Positions 11,480-25,312 of a stretch of DNA of 64,000 bases are shown here, piece after piece. The stretch covers positions 24,118,001-24,182,000 of the forward strand of contig OX597825.1 in assembly GCA_951406725.2 (NCBI GenBank), written 5' to 3'. Both the position numbers and the translations under genes were made by a program. Every line of letters begins with the position of its first letter. Position 1 is the stretch's first letter. This DNA comes from Octopus vulgaris. Taxonomy: Eukaryota. The notes below the pieces were generated by a model. It saw only the letters and a list, made by a program, of their open reading frames with translations, was not told where the DNA came from and made no database searches.

Positions 11480-12404
11480 TATATTTAAGGCGGGGAGGTG
11501 GCAGAATCGTTTGCACGCCTGGCAAAATGCTTAGTGACATTTCGCCTGTCTTTACGCTCTGCGTTCAAATTCCGCCGAGGTCGACTTTGCTTTTTATCCT
11601 TTTGGGGTCGCTAAAATAAGTGCCAGTTGAGCACTGGTGTCGATGTAATTGACTGGCAAACTCCCTCAAACTTGCTGGCCTTGTGCCAAAATTCGAAACC
11701 AATATATATGTATATTTTTGGTGGTAGCTTATCTTTTGGGTTATCTCGTATTTAATGTGTTTGCAGTGCATTGATAATTCACGTGAAACAACTTGTTGCA
11801 AAAATATATTTAGACATTCATTTCTATAAACCAATAATATTGCAAACGCAACCATAAATATACTTCGTCTTCAAATCTGTTATTTCAAAAGCACCATATT
11901 AAAAATGATGAATAGCTTCAGTGTTTACTGTTGTATATACATTGAAGTCAGATGACTGTCAACAAGAAACTGTCTCAGACACATCGATTCGTTAAATAAA
12001 CAATAAACAAAAAGAAATAATATTTTTAAAAGAAAAAATATCTTGAAGTATTTCTCTTAAGACGCGAAAGTATTATTTAGTGTTGAACATTAAAAATACC
12101 AGCCATACTACGCTTACTTCTCGGAATTTTCTGCAAAATTCAATGCCACGTTTTGCTGATAAATAATTTGTCGTCATGTTTCCCCACCCAGTTGCCGTCA
12201 TCCCTACGGTGTGATTCTCATCTGCACTACACCCAGCCACGGTACATTTCACCTAAAAGCGAATGATGGTACCGCCATGTGATCCCTCTTGAAACAATGC
12301 ACAAATCTTCTTCAAACCAGAATCTAAAATCCTAATATCAAAGTGGACATTCTGAATATTGTATTCCTAAATGCATTATGTCTGAATGCATAAATGACAG
12401 AATG

Positions 12405-12709
12405 TGGAGCCACATGGCCTAGTGGTTAGAGCAGCGGACTCGCGGTCGATGGATCGTAGGTTCGAATCTCAGACCAGGCGATGTGTGTGTGTTTATGAGC
12501 GAAACACCTAAGCTCTACGCGGCTCCGGCAAAAAGTAATGGCGAACTTCTGCTGACTCTTTCGCCACAACTTTCTCTCACTCTTTCCTCCTGCATCTTGC
12601 AGCTCACCTGCGACGGACCGGCGTCCCGTCCAGGTGGGGGAACCTATACGCCAAGGAAACCGGAAAAAACCGGCCCACATGAGCCAGGCATGACTCGAGA
12701 AGGAACAAA
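12405..12709 (+). mobile_element. tRNA(Arg-like)-derived SINE family C, full length
   Basis: A box tggcctagtgg, B box ggttcgaatct; perfect 16-bp TSD cataaatgacagaatg at 12389-12404 and 12710-12725. Confidence 0.92.
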
Positions 12710-13202
12710 CATAAATGACAGAATGGTTATGAGTAATCTCGATCAGAGCAGACTTGGGACTAAACAAGAACAACTGCAACATAATTTAGTTCTAATTAAA
12801 ACTCTATCTTAGATTTGAACGCATAAAGTCAACAATTTACAATACAACTGGTAGCAAGATTCCATGGTTGGGAAAGGTTTAAAGTTATTTAATGGAATTC
12901 TTTATCGAAGGATTACAATCCTTTTGAAACTTCGTTTTCCACAATATTATCCTTACATTCATCAACTTTCAGGAGATTTAAACTAACTCCTAATCTCATT
13001 TATATCTTCAATCTGCGACAGCATGAAAGCTCTTGGAACACTAATCATCTTCTATAAATGAAGTAATGTACAAATGTTCAAATGAGATAGTGTTAACTGT
13101 GAAGTCTTCCAGTCTCAGAGATACTTTGAAATTAAGAACAGAATTAGTATTAAGCGATTATCAGGAACGGTGTCTACACTTGGATGTGCCGTATAAATGT
13201 GT

Positions 13203-13411
13203 ATTCTTTACTCTTTTATTCGTTTCAGTCATTTTGACTGCGGCCATGCTGGAGCATCGCCTTTTAGTCGAGCAACTCGACCCCACGACTTATTCTTTGG
13301 AAGCCTAGTACTTATTCTATCGGTCTCTTTTGCGGAACCGCTAAGTTACGGGGACGTAACCACACCACCATCGGTTGTCAAGCGATGTTGGGGGAAAAAC
13401 ACAGGCACACA

Positions 13412-13420
<9 letters not shown>
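13203..13420 (-). mobile_element. SINE family A, 3' half
   Basis: Matches the family A tail up to the internal (CA)n tract. Confidence 0.8.
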
Positions 13421-13498
<78 letters not shown>

Positions 13499-14348
13499 GC
13501 GTACAACCCATTGCCTCATCGCCGTAAGCTTGCCAAAGCCTGTGCCATCCAAACTTTAACCATTCGTATTTACAATGTTTAAAATGAATTTTCTCTCCTA
13601 CAACGGTCGCTGTTATTGTTCTGCTACTCTGCATTTTGCAACAATTCCCACAGATTTATCTCTTTATTTGCTTTTATAATAAATTTTTGAAAATGTAAAG
13701 AGACTTAATAAACACCCTGTATTACAGCAACATTGACAATATATAGCTTGACACCCAGCATATACTGCAACAGCACTGTGGTATTAGCAAGCTTTTTCAT
13801 ACGTAGTGCTCAGCTGCAGTACAGCTTTTCGTCGGAAAAGTGTGAAAAGGTAACAGAAAGAACTCGTAAGTCAAATAAAGAAATATTCAACACAGACAAA
13901 ATTGAACAGAAAAAGAGCCATAAAGAAGAAATTGTTTATAGGTACGTCAGGAATAGTTTTGTCGTATAACTGGAAGCAATGTTCTAAGATGTAAGAACTG
14001 ACGCAGGTAGGTTTTCTTTCTTTGCTTTCACATTTCTGAGCGTGAAAAACGAAAAGAATTTCCAAATTGCACTTTGACACCCTACATGCAACGACACCAA
14101 CGCCACTGGTTTACCAATCTACATATATGCTTCAAGACCGACCACCGGTAATTCATGTAGTTTAAAACAGTCTCTTTATTCTTCTACAACACCTCTGATA
14201 TATAACTTATGTTCACACTCTTACGTTATACTTCGGTGCCAACAGAGAGATATTTCAAGTACACTTGACACATGCAACCATTCGTCTTCTTTACAATGTC
14301 TAAAATGAAATTTCTCTCCTCTACAACTGTCACTGTTATTGTTCCTGC

Positions 14349-14362
14349 TTCTGCTGCTGCTG

Positions 14363-14402
<40 letters not shown>

Positions 14403-14474
14403 CACCACTACCACCACCACCACCACCACCACCACCACCACCACCACACCACTACTACTACTACCACCACCACA

Positions 14475-14521
<47 letters not shown>

Positions 14522-14720
14522 CACCACCACCACTACTACTACTACTAGTACTACCACCACCACCACCACCACCACTACTACTACTACTACCACCACCACC
14601 ACCACTACTACTACTACTACTACCACCAACACCACCACAACCACTACTACTACTACTAGTACTACCACCACCACCACCACCACCACCACTACTACTACTA
14701 CTACTAGTACTACCACCACC

Positions 14721-14754
<34 letters not shown>

Positions 14755-14900
14755 GTACTACTACCACCACCACCACCACCACTACTACTACTAGTACTAC
14801 CACCACCACCACCACCACCACTACTACTACTACTACTAGTACTACTACCACCACCACCACCACTACTACTACTACTACCACCACCACCACCACCACCACC

Positions 14901-14953
<53 letters not shown>

Positions 14954-15090
14954 CACCACCACCACTACTACTACTACTACTACCACCACCACCACCACAA
15001 CCACCACCACTACTACTACTACTACTACCAACACCGCCACCACCACCACCACCACTACTACTACTATCATCATCAACAACAACAACAACA
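14349..15090. repeat. Compound trinucleotide array (CTG)-(CTA)n/(CCA)n-(CAT)-(CAA)
   Basis: About 740 bp of alternating CTA and CCA blocks in one phase with a recurring cta-gta-cta variant; (ATG)/(GTG) block follows at about 15178-15285. Confidence 0.97.
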
Positions 15091-15178
15091 AACAACACTA
15101 CTGCCGCTGTCACAGGATAGCATTTGTATCAGTGGTCATGTTATAATGGGGGTGATGATTCAGGTATGACGGTCCTAA

Positions 15179-15209
<31 letters not shown>

Positions 15210-18200
15210 TGTGGTGGTGGTGGTGGTGGTGGTTGTGGTGGCGGCGGCGGTGGCGGCGGTGGTGGCGGTGACGATGATGATGATGAAAACACCGACAGCG
15301 ATGGGTGATGTTGCCGTTAAATGGTTTGTATTATGAATGAATGTCGGAAATAGTGATCTCGGTTTTGGACACTGATGTTCGTTGGTGATTGATAAAGCAA
15401 ATGCTGATGGTTCATATATATATATATGTATGTATATGTCTGTGTGTAACATGTGTGTGTATATATGGATGTGTATGTATATATGTAGCCATATATTTAG
15501 ATAAACATATAGATATACAGATATATAGATATATTGATATATAGATATATAAGTAAATGTGCGTGTCTATTTGTTTGTTTTTGTGTGTGTGATGGTGAGT
15601 GTGTGTGCGTGTTTATGATGACTAAATAGCTATACAATTCTGTAAAGAAGCAATAAAAGGACTCAATATGATAAAATATTAAGCCGGATAAGATTCATTC
15701 AGAGCTGAAATCTCGCCTGGTCCTACTCAACGTTTCCTGTTTCCTTTCATTAATATATCAATGGAAACGTTGCTACTTGCTTTTGACATATCGTTTTCTA
15801 AGAGGAACAGGAATATTTTTTCCATCTCTACACTGCATTTTTAACTCACTCTTAATCTGTTTCCCTGTATTTTTCTACGTTTCAAAAGTTTGTTTTCGTT
15901 TCACTTTTTGCTGTTATCAATTCTGTCAATCCCAACAAATATTCGAACCTATTTACGTTCAGTCAAAACGTTTGAAGCCGTGATGCTAACATGTTTGTTA
16001 TATCCATCTCGGTTTTTGTCGAATCTGTTAGATCTTTGGGATTTGTCAGTGAATGTCAGCAGTTATCCTATCGGACGAACTCTTTTCATTTCGGCATAAA
16101 AATAAATCTGACTGCTTTCAATGGCGGTCAGATAGCTTTCTCTCTCGTCTGCATTCAAAATTTAAGAAGTTAGAAGCTTGATTCACTTCTTGCTTGTTTA
16201 TTCGGTTAGTTTATCTCGACAGCTTGTGGTTCTAGCACACTTCTTATCAATAGTACTCCTTCAGGATAGCATCAGAGGGTTAAGGTTATTTGTATGCGAC
16301 GAAAGTCCTCTACTCCAAACATGCATCATATGTTATTACACAGTGGAAACATTTATTCTGCTATCAATGATAAATAATTACTGACCAAAAATTTCATGAG
16401 AAAATGTTATTAAAAATGCACTTACATCGACATTTAAGAGCGTCGAGAAATACCGATTCAGCTTCATTAGTTTTCCACTCAGCGTTTCCAAGAAATAAAA
16501 TGGTTGACGAACAGTGACTACGTGTGACCTGTTGTAATCTGGTTGCCTGCAAGTTGATTGAAGTACATTTATTAATAAATTCTTTTTATGAACTCTTTGA
16601 TCAGTAATGCTTAATATTGGTGAAAGAAATACATATTGCGCTTGAATATTTCTAATTTAGTTCCATCAACCGTTCGACTACGGTTGTATGAGATTTCTAC
16701 CTCAGCAGTCACGGAACTATAAAACTTTAGGGTTTGTAAATAAATACACGAGTATCTATCTGAGCTGTCATTTAGTCTGAAAGCATCTGTGTTACGCAGC
16801 CGTATTGTTTTAATTTTGACGACTTTGTTGCCTCATAAAATGTAGTATTGAATAGGCAACGATATAGAAGGGAGAGAGAAAGAGAGGCGGGGAGAGAGAG
16901 AGGCGAGGGAGAAAGTGAAAGAAAGGTAGGGAAAGAGAGAGAAAGAAAGAGAGAGAAAGAAAGGGAGAGAGAGAGAATATTCACGAAATATTCCTTTCTG
17001 GTAGTGGATCATGTCAGTAGTAGGAATTTAGTGATATGGTTACTAAAAAATCGTACATTTTTTGCAATGTACCACTGAGAGTGCATTAATTATACCAGTA
17101 TGACCGTATCTCTCTCCCATTAAATACATAGGCTCTTTAAAAGGCCATGGTATTATTATTCCCCACAGATTAAAAGCTGAAGTCGTAAAAACAAATGACA
17201 CATTTTCAAATCTGTCTGAGATAGGCTCCCCAATAACAAGCGTGGAAAAATATTTGTCTTCTGAAAACTGCTATAATTGACAGTCGCTCTGAACCAGATA
17301 CTTCTGAGCAACAATTGTGTCTCTATACGTTCTATTTCTAAAATGTTTACAATATTCTCTTCAGATTTATAACGCCAGAAAATAATTTTTCTAAAACAAA
17401 AAAAAATCTGTATAATTTATGTTCAAATGAAATTGTAGTTGTGCAGTATATGTGTGTGTGTGTGTCTGTGTTTGTAGTGAAACAATATCTTATTGGACGT
17501 GCCATATATCATATAACTGGTTAATTGGTCAGAGTGTTACCGTTGGCTTAGCGCCGAAAATTGCGACTATAAAATATTGGTATTTCTTCAGACATCTTGA
17601 ACAGAAGCGCTGAACCTCTTTTGTGCTCTAAGTACAACAAAAGGAGACAAAAGAATGTAACAAAAGTTATTGAAAAACATTTTGGAAGAGAAAGAGAGAG
17701 TTATTTCCCATACATTCATATAGCTATGAATGACGCGTGTAAACTTTGTGTGAATCTTTCTCTAGTTCAAAAACGAACATTCTCTGGTCGCCATAACGAA
17801 TTTACACTCATGGGGGCAACATCCACAATTTCGCTTTTCGTGTTCCGGAAAATGCTCGTAGCGTAAAATCGCATTATATTGCCTTCAATATGGCTTTCTT
17901 CAGATCCCTTTTCCTTATCCACTCTGAACGTCTCCGTATGTGAGGTTTCTGAAGAAAATTCTTTGCATTTCCCCCAGCTTTCTATGGTAACTGTTCTCCT
18001 TTCCTATATTTAAAGTTTCTTCTTTTTTCACATCCCTCGACATTTTTCTTTACTTTCTGATAATTCCTTGCAGTTCTCCTCCATCGCAACACAATGTAAA
18101 AGTAACGAAAACATTACGGTGTATGTTCTGGATCATTATATTATGAGTTCAAAGTCCGTCGAAATCTATTTTGTCATTCAACCTTTCGGTTGTGCCGAAA

Positions 18201-18558
18201 TTAATTTCATCGAATAAACCCACCTCAAATGCAGGGCTGGATGCAATTATTCGAGCATCAGAAAAAAATACCTTGCTATATTTTGCTTAGGATTTATATG
18301 TTCTGAGTTAACGTCAAAATTAATTTTTTATCCTTTCATGCTCGAGGAAATAAAGTATTGATCAAGTATTGGGGTCGACGGCCTTGTGCGTAAATTATAA
18401 AGGGTTATAATTCAAAAGGCAATGGATTGGCAGTAAGGTTATTATACTGAACATAAAACCATGTGAATTTTCCCCGGCTCTTTAAGTTCATGTTCAAAAT
18501 CCACATCAAATTAATAATTTATACTTTCGAGATCAGTGAAGGCGCGTGGCTTAGTGGC

Positions 18559-18559
<1 letters not shown>

Positions 18560-18589
<30 letters not shown>

Positions 18590-18752
18590 CATACATACAT
18601 ACATACATACATACATACATACATACATACATACATACATACATACATACATACATACATACATACATACATACATACATACATACATACATACATACAT
18701 ACATACATACATACATACATACATACATACATACATACATACATACATACAT
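18560..18752. repeat. Perfect (TACA)n microsatellite, about 48 units
   Basis: Direct inspection. Confidence 0.97.
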
Positions 18753-18753
18753 C

Positions 18754-18795
<42 letters not shown>

Positions 18796-18796
<1 letters not shown>

Positions 18797-18961
18797 ACGG
18801 ACTTCTTTCAGTTTCCGTCTACCAAATTCACTGACAAGGCTTTGCGTCGGCCCGAGGCTATAGTAGAAGACACTTACCCAAGTAAGTGCCATGCAGTCGG
18901 ACCGAACCCGGATCCATGTGGTTGGGAAGCAAGCTTCTTACCACACAGCCACTCCTGCACC
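18796..18961 (-). mobile_element. SINE family A, 5' half
   Basis: Ends in ccacacagccactcctgcacc, the reverse complement of the head. Confidence 0.8.
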
Positions 18962-19899
18962 TGTGGAAAGAAATATTTATTTATCGATGTTGTTGTAGAT
19001 TACTGCAAAACAGTAGAATGTTGGCATGTGGTATTTCAGAATTGAAATCCAGCTTGGGCCTTCTTTTGATTCCCATTTTTACCTGGGTTGGTAAAATAAA
19101 GTACCAGTAAAAGATCCGAAAGGTCTCAGACGGACAAGTACTTTATGATTTTGTGCCAAAGAGAAGAATCTTTGTTTTAGCGGAATCTGCAACATTGAAA
19201 GACATATGTAGTGGAATGTAGATTTATAACATAGCGAAACAAATTGAAACAGCGTATGAAATTTAGGATGGCAAGCTATAATTTCTCTCTGTCCTCTGAA
19301 ATTTATTCATTTTTAATATTAATGTCGTTAAAGAGTTGGAAATACTATCTCGCTATAAATTCTGGTATAGTATTTCAGAATTTGATATTATTATGTTGAT
19401 GGTTTGTTTTTACTTAAAAGACAAAAAGGAAAAAAGCTATAAGCATTGGAAGTATTATAAATGTTATAGATGTCTTCAGTTTCGGATTACCTCCAGTTGT
19501 TTTGTTGACTATTATAGCTTCCATCAATTCATATACTTTATCATTTCTCTAGATTTGAGATGGTGAATGATATTGTCTTTCCTCTCAATTTACTAAATAG
19601 ATAAGTAATATATTATGATTTGATTATCAATGATATTGCATTACAAAATGATAGTTTACTATAAGGAGTTTCTCACTTGCAAACTTAAAGTGATGTATTT
19701 TAATATTATCTACTGGTACGAAAACAGGTAAAAAAATATACAAGAGATCTTATGAATCAAAAGATTGGCAGTCAAATACTAGCATTGTCGTGTTCAAATG
19801 AGAAAATTGGTAAAATTCTTAGTTCTAAGCTTTTGCTGCCTTGCAGTACATCAAGTCTTATTTGATTTGTAACATATAATTTGTGGTAACATATAACAA

Positions 19900-20300
19900 T
19901 ATTGACCAAGGTTACCGTGGTCTTTTTCGTAGGCTTTTCTTCCCACGGATAAACCTTACTTGCTTTCCTCTTTACACCATATATCATAACAGTGATACAC
20001 GATCCCTATTGATCGTTTTTTTTCCTCTTCCCCTTTTTTCCCCTTTTTTCTTCTTTTTTCATTTCTCTTTTCTTTTGTTCCTTTTCCTTTTCTTCTTTTT
20101 TTTATTTTTATTTTTTATTTTTTATTTTATTTTTTTCTTGTTCTTTTCTTCCCTTTTACGATCCCTCTTGATCCAAAACCTACGCCACCCCTTTTTTTTA
20201 TTTCTTTTGTTTTTTTTGTTTTTTTCATCCCCCAAAAGAAAAGCTCTACCTTGTAACTTGTTCCATCTCTGTGCAGCCCTGTGTGGCCAATAAAGAAACT
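19900..20300 (+). mobile_element. Probable 3' UTR of a non-LTR retrotransposon
   Basis: Hairpin ggttaccgtgg...ccacggataaacc, ccctattg motif, T-rich tract, end agccctgtgtggccaataaagaaa; same layout at 22060-22282. Confidence 0.55.
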
Positions 20301-20409
20301 TATTTGATTTGTAAACATATAAACGAACTTCGGGTAAGTTAAAATATGTTTGTGATATATTCTAACTTCTGAAGGTAAACTCATTTCAGTTACCGTGGAG
20401 AAAATATTA

Positions 20410-20773
20410 TCTCTCTATATATAAACGGCAAAATGTCTGCGTGTGTGTCCTTTATACAAATCCACAATTTTTCAGTTAGTGGGCTCGCACTTTCTATGGT
20501 CATTCAAAACCGTCCAAGGGTGGTCGTGCATATCTTTACATTTCCCCAGTCACCCCCTAAAGCCATTAAAAAATCAATAGAAGTTACTTTTTTGTGAATT
20601 TTCTATCGAAAACCCAATTAAAATGCCCGAAACTTGATACGCCAATTGAATGCCAGCTAGTTGTATGTGATTGGTCGGAGATTTGGACAGTACTCGCATG
20701 TATGTGCGCACGCACGCAGCTGTATATGCATGCACTAGCACTATGACGCGGCATTGCCGGTTCATAGTGCTAG
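20410..20773 (+). mobile_element. Non-autonomous Helitron
   Basis: A|TC start (tctctctatatataaac), 3' hairpin cggcattgccg, CTAG|T end. Confidence 0.8.
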
Positions 20774-20807
20774 TTTATGATAAAAGGTGTAAAAACACCA
20801 TATCTCC

Positions 20808-20976
20808 ATATCTGCCAGTGTTGCCCTCTGTCGGATCCCCAGACGCAGCGTTTCTGACTCTTTTGCCTTCATCGATGAGAAACTGAAGATCGGTGACTGG
20901 GGAGATTTAAAGCCATAGCCTTAACCCAAAAATGCTGCGTCTGGGAAACCGATAGGGGGCAACATTGGGCAGATAT
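20808..20976. mobile_element. Foldback/MITE-like element with about 45-50-bp imperfect inverted ends
   Basis: atatctgcc-agtgttgccc-tctgtcgg...cccagacgcagcgttt versus aaatgctgcgtctggg...ccgatagg-gggcaacatt-gggcagatat. Confidence 0.65.
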
Positions 20977-21157
20977 AATATTATTACATCTCTTACCATA
21001 AGAGAGAATTTATTCTCCACGGTAATTGCAATAAATTTGCCTTTAGAAGCTGAAATATGTCACAAACATATTTTAACCAAACTTATGCCTAAGTACTGCT
21101 TGGCGCTGATCCTGCTGATTATATACATACATACATACACACACACATACACACACA

Positions 21158-21263
<106 letters not shown>

Positions 21264-22059
21264 TCTCCAAATCTTTCCCAGATATTCTAACATTTAGTCG
21301 AATGCGTTACTATTTCTTCTATCTCCATTACTTTGTCTTTGACAACTATTGGAATTACATTAACATTTGAAATACATGTCTAATATGCAGGAAAATACGA
21401 AATAAAATCTCGTGGTTAAGAATTGCCATTTATGTGAATATCTTTAACGACACACATTCGTCTGTCACAGTTAGAGATTTTGACACACGATAATAAAATA
21501 ATTTAATACATTTCGGTGATCTAATTTGGCAAGTATTTTTGAAAAGGTTTGCTTCTTCCTCGTGACATGATATATAACATTCTTGGTGTAGACTTTTATT
21601 TTGCGTAATTAATTTAGTTTTCCTCTTCTTAACCACAATTGGTATGAATTTGTAAGTTTTCTCTTTTCAGTTCGTGTCTATTCTATTAATGGATATTTTT
21701 GGTTCTGTGTTATTTGCAGATAAACTATAAACAGAAATATTGAAGTTTCTCTCTTAAAATTCCTACTTTGGTAAAGATGGTCAGGTATTATTTTTGTAAC
21801 TAGTAATACTGATAAAAAAATAAACGAAACAATAATAAAGATCTCGGTCAAGCTATTCTCTATCGTACCTAATTTCTGGTTGCTTCACCTTGGTTATATT
21901 CTTCTGGTCTCATGTACCACAGCATATTCATTCGAATAGGATAACTTGACATCAGTTTGGAATATTGTGTCAATGAAAGAAGTAATAATCGCATCAGGAA
22001 ATATCTACATCGAGAAAATCCATGGCTATTGGATAGCTTTTGCGTTGCGCTTGTTAAAC

Positions 22060-22282
22060 AACATGCAGGCTCCCGTGGCTTTTATGGGTTTTTCCACGAA
22101 TAACCTTTCGAAGCGCCTCCCCCTATTGGGAGTTTTAATTGTTATTTATATTTCGTTGTTATCCTGCTTTTGTACACGGACTTTTTCAAACGGACAAAAC
22201 CCTTTGTAACTTTCATCCTGTGTTTTGTCCCTTTATGTTTTAATTGATTTTTGTTAGCCCTTGTGGCCAATAAACGAATTAA
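22060..22282 (+). mobile_element. Probable 3' UTR of a non-LTR retrotransposon, related to 19900-20300
   Basis: ggctcccgtgg...ccacgaataacc hairpin, ccctattg, end ttagcccttgtggccaataaacgaa. Confidence 0.55.
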
Positions 22283-23915
22283 TTATTTTTCTATCGTTAG
22301 GTTGTCCACAACATATAGCAACATAGCAAGACGGATGTTGAAACAGTTGATTATCATTTTGTCTGATATAAGCACAAAACCAGAAATGTGAAGCAAGGAG
22401 ACAATCGATTATATTAGCACCAGTACTCAAGTGGTACTTTCGACAATCCACATCAGTCAAGCAAAAAAAAAAAAAATAATAATAATAAAACAAAGCAGGG
22501 TCCGGTGGGATTTGAACTCGGAATATAAAAAGTATTTCTCCAACAACAAATCACCCTTAGTAATGACAAGAGTTGTTTCTAATTTCGGCGTAAGGCCAAT
22601 AATTTTGAAAGGAATGGGGTTTGTGGATACCAACGACCCAAGTACTAAAGTTATCGACTGTGAAAGGATGTAAAATTATAGTTAATCTTGGCGGATTTTG
22701 AACTCAAGAAGTTGAGTGACATAGCTAAATACCGCAAGATATTTTACCCGCCACTCGAACGATTTTTTCCAGTTAACCGCCCTTGGTTATAATATTGACG
22801 ATGATTAAAAATTAGTTACAAACTTAAGCAGCAAACTAGATATTGAATAATCTGCAGAGTTTACAGTTTCACTGTTCAGATCAATGAGTAAGAATTTGTC
22901 TTCACATCTAAGATAATTGATGCTAATATTTCGGGGGCAGTTCAATATATTGACTATATTGACCAAATCTTCGTTCAGAATATTTGCTCTGGCGCCGTCA
23001 TTGGAAAATTGTCATCATATTTCTTTAATGATTTTGTTACAGCATCTTTTCTTTTCTCTTTTGGTTTTCTCGAATGCAAGCTTTGAATCCAACTGGAAAC
23101 ACGCAAGAAATTCAATGTCTACAACAGTGAACTGCACCCCCACTCTCCTTCTCTTTCTTCTCTCTCTTTCTTTGTTTCATTCTTTGTCTCTCGTTGTTCC
23201 TCTGTCTCTCTCTCTCGCTTTCTCACCTCCACCTCCGACAAGGAATTTTTATATAGAATTAATAATTAATTATTGGAAATTATTTTTAGCTCCCTTTGTC
23301 AGCAACAGCCAACACCACAAAAAGGAGAACAATATATTTGAGCTCATGCTGATGCTGAAAACAATGGAAGTTGTGAAGAAGTGGTTTTGTACTCGCCACA
23401 ACATTGCAATACACTATAATATACGACATTACTCTAGGCTACACCACACGAAGCTACACTCTATAATCCTACATTAAAAATAAATGACATTATACTACAA
23501 AGAAACACACGGTAATAAAACAATTCTTGTACCAAATTCAATGAATTGCATCTTTCTGTCTTTGATATTTTTAGCGTAAAGAGATAGTTAAGCCAAAGAA
23601 AGGTTTCATTCGTTGATACAATGGCGACTTCTCACTCGATTTGTCGTCTGACTCCAGCAGAAAATGAACTCTGATATTTCACTACCTGAACTACTACAGA
23701 GAAGTGAACGTCTTGTATGGAGAATTGAAATTCATTTCCAGGACTGTGGCAACTGAAGAATATTCAAATCAAGTTGGCGGTTAAATAATGAAATATTCAG
23801 TTCTATTAATGCCGTCTCCTTGAGAAAGTAGAATCACGTGGTTAGTGTTGTAATGATTGTTTGTCATTTGGAGAGACGCTGAGATGAGTAGAGTTTAGAT
23901 TATTTTTTGTCGAAA

Positions 23916-24266
23916 TCTCTATATATATGAAGCTGAAGTTACTGTGTATAGCAGGTTTGGTAGCCTTCAACTAACACTATCCCCTCCGAGACCCTGCAGC
24001 ACAAGCTGACCAAAATTGAGAGTATGATAGAAGAGGACCATATTAACACCAAAACTTATTTACGTCAAAAAGGCGCTTTTTTCTATGAAAATCCCTATTT
24101 TTTACGATTTTTTGACTGCTGTGTCGCCATTTTTCAGTGTATTTCAACCAGAAAAATGTTCAATTAAAGAGAATAACAAGCTACATAATGCAACATTTTT
24201 ACTTTTCAAAAATTCCAATTCTAAAGGGTCGAAAGAAACCCGAGCAATGCCGGGCGATACTGCTAG
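23916..24266 (+). mobile_element. Non-autonomous Helitron
   Basis: A|TC start; hairpin cccgagcaatgccggg then cgatactgCTAG|T; 3' end shared with 32834-33342; reverse 5' stub at about 62008-62053. Confidence 0.85.
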
Positions 24267-25278
24267 TTACTTTAATATACTTGTAAATCTGCAGTCCGAG
24301 TGTTAGGGTCATGAGAACGCCGACCTAGCGACGGAGGACAGAGAACAACACAATACCGCAAATTAATGAAATACAAATATAATCATAATACGAATTACAT
24401 TGTTCTACTCACATCTAGATTGTTGCTGGTGGTGATGGTAAGCTCAGGTGTTTCTCAACCGAGGAAGCCTACAGTCAAAGGTATTCCAGTTATGAACCTC
24501 TCCACAGTTTCGATATTAGTGTATCTATAATTACATTGTAATATCTGTGATTACGCTGTCATTTTTGATAGGTAACAAAAAGAACGACCTAGGTTCAAAT
24601 CCCGCTGGAAACAGGATTTTGGAAAGCACCAGGAGGACACCTAGGAGTTATGATCGAGGTGGGCCCTGCTCCCCTAGAGTGTCGGTATAAAGGCTGGAAC
24701 ACTCGTCGGATGGGAGTCCTTCCTCTGAAGATCTCTCTTGCTGTATGCTTGCCTTGTAGCCAGTTTCTGTCAATTTCCTGATAACCCCTTCTAGTATAGG
24801 CACAAGGCCTGAAATTTTGGTGGGGACGTGAGCTGGTCGTTTCTATCGGCCTCAGTGTTTGCCTGGTACTTATGTATTAGACACTAGTGTATTTAGACAA
24901 ATCCCCTCCAACCGAAATGAGAAGGCACCTATGAACATATCAGAGAATGTTAACGATAATTTCTCATCTCAAAAACACGGAATCATTATGCAATATGTTC
25001 TTCCAATATTCGAAGACGGCAGGCTGTGATATGAGGGAAATTTAGCTGTTATTTTTAATCAGTTAAGTAAATTCTTTTATTCTTTTACGTGTTTCAGACA
25101 TTTAACTACGGCTATGCTGGAGCACCCCCTTAAGGGATTTTAGTCGAACAAATCAACTCCAAGACTTAGCTTTTGTGAGCCTAGTACTTATTCTATCGGT
25201 CTTTTTTGCCGCACGGGGATGTAAATACACCAACATCAGTTGTCAAGCGATGGCTGCCGTCGGTTGACAAACACAAAC

Positions 25279-25309
<31 letters not shown>

Positions 25310-25312
<3 letters not shown>

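Noticed and set aside
12405-12480. tRNA gene candidates (also 37733 and 44082)
   Set aside because: tRNA-like heads continue into SINE bodies, two with clear TSDs; no complete acceptor stem or terminator.
14226-15120. Long ORFs of 227-295 aa (poly-G/S, poly-P/L, poly-V)
   Set aside because: Stop-free frames of a triplet microsatellite; no splice or domain evidence.
17320-17368. Minus-strand CTGAAGA...GAAA
   Set aside because: Stem I and stem III do not pair; expected by chance in AT-rich DNA.
22917-23477. 186-aa ORF
   Set aside because: Runs through a CT-rich low-complexity tract, non-ATG start, no recognisable domain.
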